DNA of 64,000 nt, from assembly GCF_009914755.1 (NCBI RefSeq), contig NC_060935.1; one strand, 5' to 3'. Source of the DNA: the human T2T-CHM13v2.0 reference genome, Homo sapiens. The position numbers and the translations under genes are program-made. Of the stretch, positions 13,000 to 26,339 are shown piece after piece (position 1 is the first letter of the stretch; each line of letters begins with the position of its first letter). The notes beneath the pieces are model-generated. The model was not told the origin of the DNA and made no database searches. It worked only from the letters and a program-made list of their open reading frames with translations.

Positions 13000-14052
13000 T
13001 GTTAACTAAAAGTTATAGGAGGCCTTTGTTTTGGACTAAGCTCCTGCACTAGGCCCCAGTGGACCAGACTAAAAATCAAAATAGAGTCATTTATACTTAA
13101 AGTTCCACCTCACCAAATCAAAACTACATTGTTATCTGACCTTCCTAGAACTCAGAAGAGAGAAATAACCAAATTTCCCACATGTGCCAGTTTCAATTGT
13201 CATAACAACGAACTTCGCTCTGCCTTTGATGCTTACAACAAAAAGTAGCCTTATGTTAACCAGTTATTCCTGTATTTTTCTGTTCCTCTGTTCCCACTTT
13301 AGGAGGAAAGTAACTTTGAAATGACCAAGCTGCTTTTTGTTCTTTGTTTCTACTTTCTTTAGCCCTTCTCTTTCTGTAAAACTGAACTTCTCTGCTCAGC
13401 CCCTTGGGTCACTTACTCTATTTTATGGAATAAAGTATTTCCCGATTCTAGAATTGTTACAGGAAAGTAGTCCCAATTCAGACCCCCAGAGAGGCTTCTT
13501 TGATCTCGCACAAGAAAGAATTCAGGGCAAGTCCATAAAGTGAGAGCAAGTTTATTAGGGAAGTAAAGGAATAAAAGACATAGAACAGCCCCGAGGGCTG
13601 CTGGCTGCCCATTTTTATGGTTATTTCTTGATGATGTGCTAAACAAGGGGTGGATTATTTGTGCCTCCCCCTTTTAGACCATATAGGGTAACTTCCTGAC
13701 GTTGCCATGGCATTTGTAAACTGTCATGGCGCTGGTGGCAGTGTAGCAGTGAGGACAACCAGAGGTCACTCTCATCACCATCTTAGTTTTGGTGGGTTTT
13801 AGCAGGCTTCTTTACTGCAACCTGTTTTATCAGCGAGGCCTTTATAACCTGTATTTTGTGCCGACCTCATATCTTATCCTATGACTTAGAATGCCTTAAC
13901 CGTCTGGGAATTCAGCCCAGTATGTCTCAGCTTCATTTTACCCAGCCTCTAGACAAGATGGAGTTGCTTTTTTATTCAAACACATCTGACAGAATCATAA
14001 ATAAAGCCAATTAAGATCTTTCACAAAATTGTTGTAATTTTGTCTTTTGACA
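13000..14052 (+). mobile_element. ERV1-class solo LTR (MER57-like) split by MER41
   Basis: TGTTAACTAAAAG start, AATAAA near 14019, ...TTTTGACA end; family name tentative. Confidence 0.6.
13455..13991 (-). mobile_element. MER41 solo LTR (MER41A-like)
   Basis: TGTTACAGGAAAG...AGACCCC...AAGAAAGAATTCAGGG and ...TCTGACA termini; 4-bp TSD GAAT (13451-13454, 13992-13995). Confidence 0.85.
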
Positions 14053-14728
14053 GTTGCAATGGCAAGGAATTTGAGGTTTTAGCACTTACAATGGCAATTT
14101 TCTTTGACCCTTCTTTCTGCCTTTCCTTTGTATCCTGTATTACCTACCCTACCATGTCCTTTGAGATTGCCATGTAGCCTAAGGTGACAACCAAATCTAG
14201 GAATACATAATCGGCTTTGGCAGAACCTTACTAATGTATATATAAGAGTCCCAACAAGGATAGCAAAAAATTAGGATTAGCGTTCTCTTTTCTGTGCTCC
14301 CTTCAGTAATACAGATTAGTGATTTATTTAAATTATTTATCTTTCATCTGTAAATTTCCATCTTATTACCTTGAGTGGCAAGATTTTATTTTTATAGAAA
14401 TGTTATTTTGATTGACTATCAGAATTAGTATCACTTTAACATCTCCCTTCCATAGTCACCACATTTCTATGTTTGTCATCATCTTTAGAGTACTATACCG
14501 AAAAGATTTTATTATTTTAAAACCAGTGACCTCCACTTTGTCAGTTTGCTGATGCCAGTGTCAAAAACAGCATCACCCATTTCAGAATTGAAAGTTTTTG
14601 CCATGTGTTTAAAAATGAAAGTTTCTTAATACAGCTTTATCTCAAACAGTTACAAAGACCTTTGTTGTAAGGCATGTATTTTATGTTATATGTTTTATGT
14701 TATGCTAATCCATTTAAAAAATTAGTAA

Positions 14729-15030
<302 letters not shown>

Positions 15031-15065
15031 ACAGATCAAGCTTTTAATTTTTTCTCTCTCTCTCT

Positions 15066-15291
15066 CTTTTTTTTTTTTTTTTTTTTTTTTTTTGAGAACA
15101 AGTCTCACTCTTTCACCCAGGCTGGAGTGCAGTGCCATGAATACAGCTCACTTCAGTCTTTACCTCCTGGGCTCAGGTGATCCTCCCACCTCAGCCTCCC
15201 AAGTAGCTGGGACCACAAGCTCATACTACCACGCCTGACTAATTTTTTTTGTTTTTTGGAGAGATGAGGTCTCACCGTGTTGCCCAGGCTG
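15066..15291 (-). mobile_element. Truncated AluJ
   Basis: Antisense Alu with poly-T, left arm incomplete. Confidence 0.85.
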
Positions 15292-15330
15292 AATTTTTAA
15301 AAAGAAAGTATAAAGAGGAGAACATTGCTA

Positions 15331-17702
15331 CAGGCATACCTTGGAGATATTGTGGGTTGTGTTTCTGACCACTGCAATAAAGCAAATATTGCAGTAAAGC
15401 AAGTCACACAAATTTTTTGGTTTCCCAGTGCATATATTAATAAAATGTTTACACTATACTGTAGTCTAAGTATGCAATAGCATTATGTCTAAAAAATACA
15501 TCTTAATTAAAAAACACTTTATTATTAAAAAATGTTAATGATCATCTGAGCCTTCAATGAGTCATAATTTTTTGTGGTGGAGGGTCTTGCCTCAGTGTTG
15601 ATGGTTGCTGACTGCTTGGGGTGGTGGTTGCTGAAGGTTGGGGTTGCAGTGGCAATTTCTTAAAATAAGACAACATTGAAGTTTGCTGCATTGATTATTC
15701 CTTTCACAAAAGATTTTTCTGTACCATGTAATGCTGTTTGATAGCGTTTTACTCACAGTAGAACTTCTTTCAGAATTGGAGTCAATCTTCTCAAACCCTG
15801 CCACTGCTTATCAACTAAGCTTATGGAATATTCTAAATTCTTTGTTGTAATTTCAACAATGTTCACAGCATCCTCACCAGGAGTAGATTCCGTATCAAGA
15901 AACTACTCTCTTTGTTTATCCATAAAAAGCAACTCGTCATAAGTTCATGCCTTATCATGAGATTGCAGCAATTGAGTCACATCTTCAGGCTCCACTTTTT
16001 AATTCTAGATCTCTTGCTATTCCACCACATCTGCAGTCACTTCCTCCACTGAAGGCTTGAACCCCTCAAAGTCATCCATGAGGACTGGAATCAGCTTCTT
16101 CCAAACTCCAATTAGTGTGGATATTTTGACTTCCTCCCATAAATCATGAATGTTCTTATTAGCTTCTAGCATGGTGAAACCTTTTCAGAAGATTTTCAAC
16201 TTACTTTGCCCAGATCCATCAGAATAAGCATTATCTATGGCAGCTATGGCCTTAGGAAATGTGTTTCTGAAATAATAAGACTTGAAAGTCAAAGTGACTC
16301 ATTGATCCATGAGTAGAGAATGGATGTGTTAACAGGTATGAAAACAATATCAATCTCCTTGTGCATCTCATCAGAGCTCTTGGGTGACCAGGTGCGTTGT
16401 CAATGAGCATTAATATGTTGAAAGGAATCTTTTTTTCTGAGCAGTAGGTCTCAACAGTGGGCTTAAAATATTCAGTAAATCATGCCATAAACAGATGTGC
16501 TGTCATCCAGGCTTTCTTCTTCCATTTCTAGAGCACAAGCAGAGTAGATTCAGCATAATCCTTAAGGGCCACAGGATTTTTGGAATGGCAAATGAGCACT
16601 GGTGTCAGTATCAAGACACCAGCTGCATTCACCCCTAACAAGAGAGTTAGCCTGTTCTTTGAAGCCTTGAAGCCAGGCACTGACTTCTCTAGCTATGAAA
16701 GTCCTAGATGTCATTTTCCTCCCATATAAGTCTGTTGTGTCTACATTTAAAATCTGTTGTTTAGTGTAGCCACCATCATCAACTAGTTAAGATCTACTTA
16801 TCTTAACTAGATCTTTTGGATAACTTTCTGCAGCTTCTACATCAGCGCTTGCTGCTTTACCTTGCAGCAAGTTATGTTTTATGTTTTGGAGGTGGCTTCT
16901 TTTCCTAAACTTCAAGAACCAGCCTCTGCTAGCTTCAAGCATTTTTTTCTGCAGCTTCCTCAACTCTCTCAGCCTTCATAGAATTGAAGAGCATTAGGGT
17001 ATTACTCTGGATTAGGCTTCGATTTAAGGGAATGTTGTGGCTCGTTTGATCTTCTATCCAGACCACTAAAATTTTCTCCATATCAACAAAAAGGCTGTTT
17101 TACATTCTTACTTATGTGTTCACTGGAGTAGCACTTTTAATTTCCTTCAATAACATTTCCTTTACATTCACAACTTGGCTATTTAGCACAAGAAACCTAA
17201 CTTTTGGTCTGTCTCGGCTATCAACATGCTTTCCTCACTAACCTTAATTTTTGTTTCTGTCTTTTATTTTAAAGTGAGAGATATGTGACTCTTCCTTTCA
17301 CCTGAACACCTAGAGGTCATTGTAGGGTTAATAACTGGCCTAATTTCAATATTGTTGTGTCTCAGAATAGGGAGACCCAACAAGAGGGAGAGAGATGGTG
17401 GGGCAGTCAGACACACATTTATAGATTAAATTCATCTTATATAGGTACAGTTTGTGGCACCCCAAAACAATTACAATAGTAACATCAAACATCACTGATC
17501 ACAAGTCACCATCAGATATAATAAAAATGAAAACTTTTGAAATATTGTGAGAATTACCAAAATGTGAGATGGAAGGTGAGCACATGCCACTGAAAAAGTG
17601 GACTTGCTTGAGACAGGGTTGCTATAAACCTTCAATTTGTAAAAAAAATGTAATATCTGTGAAGCATAATAAAGTGAAGCATAATAAAATGAGGTGTGTC
17701 TG
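15331..17702 (-). mobile_element. Near-full-length Tigger1 DNA transposon (decayed transposase)
   Basis: TIRs CAGGCATACCT / AGGTGTGTCTG, TA target duplications at both ends, ~2.37 kb; ORF 15592-15804 ([16 protein letters not shown]) resembles the Tigger1 transposase C-terminus. Confidence 0.9.
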
Positions 17703-17729
17703 TATTTTATTATTTGACTTCTCTGATTT

Positions 17730-18004
17730 TGTTTATTTGGAGATAGGGTCTTGCTCTGTCACCCAGGCTGGAGTGCCATGGCATCATCATAGCTCACTAT
17801 GGCCTTGATCCTCCTGCCTTAGCCTCCCAAGCAGCTGGTATTACAGGTACGTGCCACCACACTCAGCTAATTCTCTTATATTTTTGTAGAGACAGTGTCT
17901 CCCTGTGTTTCCCAGGCTGGTCTTGAACTCCTGGGCTCAAGCAATCCCCCCACCTCAGTCTCTGAAAGTGCTGAGATTACAGACATAAGCCACCACACTT
18001 GGCC
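17730..18004 (-). mobile_element. AluJ with small internal deletion (hosts DDIAS exon 2)
   Basis: Antisense dimeric Alu; about 20 nt missing around 17806. Confidence 0.88.
17747..17846 (+). other. DDIAS: DDIAS Alu-derived non-coding exon 2 (100 nt)
   Basis: Antisense Alu arm with acceptor (T-rich tract...GAGATAG| at 17746) and donor ACAG|GTACGT at 17846/17847, the typical Alu exonisation positions; exon usage is inferred. Confidence 0.7.
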
Positions 18005-18219
18005 TTCCTGATGTGTTTTATACAAGGATATTAAAACACTTTGAGCTATCATTTGACATGTAACATTTTGCTTTTTCTGTTTACAAAATCTGAAGTCTTT
18101 TTTTTCTCTTCAAGATGTATCAAATGAGCACACTGAAATCTAATAAAGTGATATTTCAGCTAAAAAAGAACAATTTCCACCAATTTAGGTTCTTTAAAAG
18201 ATTCATGTAAGTTCATGTA

Positions 18220-18840
<621 letters not shown>

Positions 18841-19198
18841 TTTCCTTTGTATTGATGGCAGACACAAGTTGTGTATCTTCTTGTAAAGGTGTGAAGAAGC
18901 TAAATGACATCTTTCCTGAATTACTGGGATAGAGCATTTATTAAGAAACAGGATACAAGAATTTTCTTAAACTACTCTGTTTTAAATGTGATTTTCTTCC
19001 TATTAATATTTTAAGGAGAAAAAGAATTAATTTTCCAATACATTGATACCACCTTCACTTTGAAAGTGAAACAAATGACATCTATTAGCTTTGCAGTAGA
19101 GGTTAAGTGGTTTTCCTAAGAAAAGAATATGCACTGCAATGAAAGATTTGCCAGTCATCCCAATGGCTATTTTGTTTTGCAGACCACGGTGTGAACAC

Positions 19199-19311
19199 AT
19201 GAACAGAAGACGAAAATTTCTTCTAGCCTCAGTACTTGCTCTCCAGAATTCAAGTTTTATATATCCATCATGTCAGAAGTGCTTCTCTAGGATAATCCTG
19301 GTCTCCAAAAG
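19199..19311 (+). CDS. DDIAS: DNA damage-induced apoptosis suppressor, first coding exon (exon starts 19183)
   Basis: Acceptor TTTGTTTTGCAG| at 19182; ATG 19199; encodes MNRRRKFLLASVLALQNSSFIYPSCQKCFSRIILVSK(R); donor AG|GTAAAA; 113 nt. Confidence 0.95.
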
Positions 19312-20331
19312 GTAAAAGTAAAGTCTGTAAGTGTGAGAGAGGAAATACAAATGCACACTGTAGATTTCCTATGGCTCAAGGGCAAGGACCAGATTTACCA
19401 AACAAGGACATTAGATTCTCTCAGGGGTTGGTTCTTCTGTAAATCCCAGAACAGATTTCACTGCTAATCCTCTATTACTAGAGAAAAGTTTTAAGTTACT
19501 GTCAAGTCCTTTGCTAAATACTTGCCTCATTGAAGAAAAATAACTTCTCAGAGAGTAAGTTCCAATACTGGGTACAAAACTTAGCCCATTTCTGGGATAT
19601 CCCTGGGAATAATATAGGAGACTTGTGTTTATTCTTTGTTTATTTTTGCATGATCAGTAGAATAGTTGTTAATATAAATAAATAAATTCCTTGAGACCAG
19701 GGACTATGTTATAGTAATTTCTATCCTTTAGCAACTAGAAAGGTGTTTGGCGTATAATTCTTTATCATGGTGCTCAGATGCAAGCCAACTATACCTGAGA
19801 GCCTAAGGTCTTCCTCTGATCTTTATAGAGTAGAAACGAGAGGTTAGGTTTGAAGTTTCTCCAGAACACTGTCTCTCTGCATCGAAGAGAGGACAAGAAT
19901 ACCTAGTAAGTAACTAGAACTATGTAAGAAAGAGTAGTGTGCCAGCAATATTCTTAACTAGTCTTTTTGTCTAGTTAGCATTGAATGGGGAGGCAGAAAA
20001 GGATTGGCAGTTCTAACTCATATCTAGACTCTAAGTAATCCTTGAAGTAGTTATCACACTGTTCCTTTATTAAGCCACTCTCTCAAGCACTCATTTGTTA
20101 GCTCTAAGAGAAAGACCCTGTTTGTGTTATTCATCATTAAATCCTTGGCTAGGGCTTAGTTCATAGAAAGTGTTCAACAAATGTTGGTTAAATGAATGAA
20201 TAAGTGATAGCATGATAGTGTTTAGATTGTCTTAGGTTCACCCCTTTTCAGGTTCTTGCCTGTCATCTGAAACAACTAAAACCCATGGGCTATTTGCCTT
20301 TCATCAAAATCTGTACTTAGAAGCAGTGTGG

Positions 20332-20521
20332 TATACAGTCCTTACTTAATGTTGTTGGATTCTTAGACACCGCAACTTTACGCAAAATGATGTATAATGA
20401 AACAAATTTTTTTCTCATCAACGTTATAATGATGTTGTTTGAGAATCTGCTATAAGTAGTTTTGCTTAAAGTCACAGTATCCAAGAACCTATCACTAACA
20501 TTAAATGAGGACTTACTGTAA
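20332..20521. mobile_element. MER6-like TcMar-Tigger MITE
   Basis: Imperfect inverted termini (AGTCCTTACTTAATG / CATTAAATGAGGACT) and TTTTTTCTCATCAACGTTATAA core. Confidence 0.6.
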
Positions 20522-23500
20522 TGGAACAATTTCAAGCTTCAGAGAACACAACAGAGTTTCATGTAGGCTCTGGCTCTCATTAACTATGTGACCTAGGGCA
20601 AGATAGTTAACTTCTGTGAGTCTAATTACTCATTTGTAAGGTGGGATCATGGTACCCACAATATGGGATCATTGTAAAGTTAGAGATAATGCACAGAAAT
20701 GTTCTAGTAGAATACATAACATATATTAGGATTTCCAAAGTGGTAGCTATTATTATTATAATCTATTATAAGTATACTTTACCTTATTGCAGTATGTTAT
20801 CATGATTAAAAGCATAATTCTCTGGAGCTGACTGCCTGGATTCAAATTGCAACCCTGCCATTATAGCTGTGTGGCCTTGGGCAAGTCACTTTAATTATCT
20901 GAGCCTCAAAATGGGGAAAGTAATATCTGCCTAATAAGGTTCTTGTAAGGATCAAATAGGTTAATATACATAACATGCCTAGAACATTGTCTGATACATT
21001 ATCAGTAATATATAGATATAAAATATTTTTAAAACTCTTTCTTTCCAGTCATTTATTTTAAAGATAATCTGCAACAAAAATTTAGGTTGAACAATAATGC
21101 CATTGTTACTTATTTAGACGGGTAATACCAGTAGATAACATTAGTGAGTGTTTGCTGTACAGTAGGCACTGTGCTAGGAACTTTGTGGGCATTATATCTT
21201 TTAATACAATAGCCCTATGAAGTGAATGCTATTGTTAATGCCAACCTTTAAAGGAGACAACTGAAGCTTGGGAAAGTTAAGTAACTTACCGCAAATCATC
21301 ACACAGCCAGCTAGTTAGGGGCAGAAACATATTCAAGCCTAAACAATCTGAATTCTGTCTACCTTCATAGTCACCATATTACTTCCAAATTAGCAGCGAA
21401 GTTTGTATTCAGAATGACATCTTCCCCTCTCTTTCTTAGAACTTAAAGTGACCTCGGAAAGGACTTGTGACTGGACCCTTTTGGAATATAAAACCCATGG
21501 CACATAGTCCTTGCCTATGGAAACATAGTCCATGGAAATATAACCTGTTTTCTGCATATACTACATTGACACAAAAATTTTTTAAAACTATTTCCATAAT
21601 TTCTGGTGCTTACCTTTTTTTCCCATAGGTTATTGGGGTACAGGTGGTATTTGGCTACATGAGTAAGTTCTTCAGTGGTGCTTTGTGAGATTTTGCTGCA
21701 CCCATCACCCGAGCAGTATACACTGCACCCTATTTGTAGTCTTTTATCTCTCACCCCCTCCCACCCTTCCCCCCAAGTCCCCAAAGTCCATTGTATCATT
21801 CTTATGCTTTTGCATCCTCATAGCTTAGCTCCCACATATCACTGAGAACATATGGTGTTTGATTTTCCATTCCTGAGTTACTTCACTTAGAATAACAGTC
21901 TCCAGTCTCATCCAGGAGACTGCAATGCCATTAATTCATTCCTTTTTATGGCTGAGTAGTAGTTCATCGTGTATATATACCACAGTTTCTTTATCCACTC
22001 ATTGATTGATGGACATTTGGGTTGGTTCCACGATTTTGCAATTGTGAACTGGGCTGCTATAAACATGAGTGTGCAAGTATCTTTTGCATATAATGACTTA
22101 TTTTCCTCTGAGTAGATACCCAGCAGTGGGATTGCTGGATCAAATAGTAGTTCTACTTTTAGTTCTTTAAGGAATCTCCACACTGTTTTCCATAGTGGCT
22201 GTACTAGTTCACATTTCTACCAGCAATGTAGAAGTGTTCTCTGATTGCTGCATCCACACCAACATCTACTGGTTTTTGATTTTTTGATTATGGCCATTCT
22301 TGCAGGAAGAAGGTAGTATCGCATTGTGATTTTGATTTGTATTTCCCTGGTCATTAGTGATGTTGAGCATTTTTTCATGTGTTTTCTTGGCCATTTGAGA
22401 ATTGTCTATTTATGTCCTTAGCCTACTGTTTGATGGGATTGCTTGTTTTTTTCTTACTGATTTGTTTGAGTTCGTTGTAGATTCTGGATGTTAGTCCTTT
22501 GTCAGATGTATAGATTGTGAAGATTTTCTTCCACTCTGTGGGTTGTCTGTTCACTCTGCTGACTGTTCTTTGGCCATGCAAAAGCTCTTTAGTTTAATTA
22601 AGTCCCAGCTATTTGTTTTTATTGCATTTGCTTTTGGGTACGCCAATGTCTAGAAGGGTTTTTCCAATGTTATCTTCTAGAATTTTTATAGTTTCAGGTC
22701 TTAGATTTAAGTCCTTAATCCATCTTGAGTTGCTTTTATATAAGATTCATTCTCCTACATGTGGCTAGCCAATGATCCCAGCACCATTTGTTGAAAAGGG
22801 TGTCCTTTCCCCACTATTGTTCACTTTGTCAAAGATCAGTTGGCTGTAAGTATTTGAGTTTATTTCTGGGTTCTCTATTCTGTTCCATTGGCCTATGTGC
22901 CTATTTTTATACCAGTACCATGGTGTTTTGGTGACGATGGCCTTATAGTACAGTTTGAAATCAGGTAATGCGATGCCTCCAGGTTTGTTCTTTTTGCTTA
23001 GTCTTGCTTTGGCTGTGCAGGCCATGTTTTGGTTCCATATGCATTTTAAAATTGTTTTTTCTAATTCTGTGAAGAATGATGGTGGTAGGGATTGCACTGA
23101 ATTTGTAGATTGCTTTTGGCAGCATGGTCATTTTCACAATATTGATTCTACCTATCCACGAGCATGGGATGTGTTTCCATTCATTGTGTTGTCTATGATT
23201 TCTTTCAGCAATGTTTTGTAGTTTTTCTTGTAGAGGTCTTTTGCCTCCTTGGTTAGGTATCTTCCTAAATTTGTTTTTTTTGTGTGGTTTTTTTTTGTGT
23301 GTGTGTTTTTGTAGCTGTTGTAAAAGGAGTTAAATTCTTGATTTGACTCTCCACTTGGTTGCTGTTAGTGTATAGAAGAGCTACTGATTTGTGTACATTA
23401 ATCTTGTATCCAGAAACTTGGCTGAATTCTTTTATCAGTTCTAGCAGCTTTCTGGAGGAGTCTTTAGGGTTTTCGAGGTAAACAATCATATTGTCAGCAA

Positions 23501-24170
23501 ACAGTGACAGTTTGACTTCCTCTTTACTGATTTAGATGCCCTTTCTTTCTTTCTCTTGTCTGATTGCATTGTCTAGGACTTCCAGTAGTATGTTGAAGAA
23601 GAATGGTGAGAGTGGGCATCCTTGTCTTGTTCCAATTCTCAGAGGGAATGCTTTCAACTTTTCTCCATTCATTGTTATGTTGGCTGTGGGTTTGTCATAG
23701 ATGGCTTTTATTACATTGAGGTATGTCCCTTGTATGCCACTTTCGCTGAGAGTTTTAATCATAAATGGATGCTGGATTTTGTTGAATGTTTTTTCTGCAT
23801 CCATTGAGATGATCATGTGATTTTTGGTTTTAAAATTCTGTTTATGTGGTATATCACACTTATTGACTTATGTATGTTAAACTGTCCCTACATCCCTGGT
23901 ATGAAACCCACTTAATCATGGTGGATTATCTTTTTGATATGTTGTTGGATTCAGTTAGCTAGTATTTTGTTAAGGATTTTAGCATCTATGTTCATCAAGG
24001 ATATCGGGCAGTAGTTTTCTTTTTTGCTTATGTCCTTTCCTGATTTGGGTATTAGGGTGATGTCGCCTTCATAGAATGAATTAGGGAGGGTTCCCTCTTT
24101 ATCTCATAGAATAGCGTCAGAAGGATTGGTACCAATTCTTCTTTGAATGTCTGGTAGAATTCTGCTGTGA

Positions 24171-24482
<312 letters not shown>

Positions 24483-26015
24483 TTTTGTTGGTAATTTTTT
24501 AATTCCCATTTCAATCTTGCTGCTTATTATTGGTCTGTTCAGGGTATCTAATTCTTCCTGATTTAAGCTAGGAGGGTTGTATTTTTCCAGGAATTTATCC
24601 ATCTCTTCTAGGTTTTCTAGCTTGTGTAAAGGTGTTTGTAGTAGTCTTGAATGATCTTTTGTGTCTCAGTGGTGTCAGTTGTAATATGTCCCGTTTTGTT
24701 TCTTAATGAGGTTATTTGGATTTTCTCTCTTCTTGGTTAATCTTGCTAACGGTCTATCAATTTTATTTATCTTTTCAAAGAGCCAGCTTTTGGTTTCATG
24801 TATCTTTTGTATTTGTTTTTGTTTCAATTACATTTAGTTCTGCTTTGATCTTGGTTATTTCCTTTCTTCTGCTGGGTTTCGGTTTGGTTTGTTCTTGTTT
24901 CTCTAGTTCCTTGAGGTGTGACCTTAGAATGTCAGTTTGTGTTCTTTCAGTCTTTTTGATGTAGGCATTTAGGACTATGACCTTTCCTTTTAGCACTGCC
25001 TTTGCTGCAGCCCAGAGGTTTTGATAGGTTGTGTCATTATTGCCATTCAGTTTGAAGAATTTTTAAATTTCCATCTTGATTTCATTTTTGATCCAAGGAT
25101 CATTCAGGAGCAGCTTATTTAATTTCCATGTATTGGCATGGTTTTGAAGGTTCCTTTTGGAGTTGATTTCCAGTTTATTCCACTATGGCCTGAGAGAGTG
25201 CTTGATATGATTTCAATTTTCTTAAATTTATTAAGGCTTGTTTTCTGGCTTATCACATGGTCTATCTTGGAGAAAGTTCCATGTGCTGTTGAATAGAATG
25301 TGTAATCTGCGGTTGTTGGATGAAATGCTCTGTATATTATCTGTTAAGTTCATTTGTTCCAAGGCATAGTTTAAATCCATTTTTTCTTTGTTGACTTTCT
25401 GTCTTGATGACCTGTCTAGTGCTGTCAGTGTAGTATTGAAGTCCTCCACTATTATTGTGTTGCTGTCTATCTCATTTCTTAGGTCTATTAGTAATTGTTT
25501 TATAAATTTGGGAGCTCCAGTGTTAGGTGCATAAATGTTTAGGATTGTGATATTTCTCGTTGGACAAGGCCTTTTATCATTATATAATGTCCTTTGTCTC
25601 TTTTAACTGCTTTTGCTTTAAAGTTTGTTTTTGTCTAATATAAAAATAGCTACCCCTGCTTGGTGTCCATTTGCACAAACTGCCTTTTTCCACTCCTTTA
25701 CTTGATGTTTATGTGAGTCCTTATGTGTTAGGTGAGTCTCCTGAAGGCAGCAGATGGTTGGTGAGTTCTTATCCATTCTGCTATTCTGTATCTTTTAAGT
25801 GGAACATTTATGCCATTTACATTCGATGTTAGTATTGAGATTTGAGGTACCATTGCATTCATTGTGGTATTTGTTGCCTGTGTACCTTGTTTTTTTTGTT
25901 TTTGCTTTTTAAATTGTTTTTGTTTTATAGGTCCTTCATGATTTATGCTTTTAAGAGATTCTGTTTTTGATGTGTTTCCAGGATTTGTTTCAAGATTTAG
26001 AGCTCCTTTTCACAG

Positions 26016-26339
26016 TTTTTTTCTTTCTTTCTTTTTTTTTTTTTTTTTTTTTTTTGAGACGGAGTTTCGCTTTTTCGCCCAGGCTGGAGTGAAGTGGTGC
26101 AATCTCGTCTCACTGCACCCTCCGCCCCCCCAGGTTCAAGCAATTCTCCTGCCTCAGCCTCCCGAGTAGCTGGGATTACAGGCACCCACCACCACGTCCA
26201 GCTAATTTTTGTATTTTTAGTAGAGACAGGGTTTCACCATGTTGGCCAGGCTAGTCTCAAACTCCTGACCTCAGGTGATCCACCCGCCTCAGCCTCCCAA
26301 AGGGCTAGGATTACAGGCATGAGCCACTGCGCCCAGCCT
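26016..26339 (-). mobile_element. AluS, inserted in L1
   Basis: Antisense Alu with long poly-T. Confidence 0.9.

Noticed and set aside
13645-13680. MER41 as an interferon-gamma/STAT1 enhancer
   Set aside because: The segment that carries tandem TTC(N3)GAA GAS sites in MER41B is absent here (GGGGAGG joins almost directly to AATAATCCACCCC), as in MER41A.
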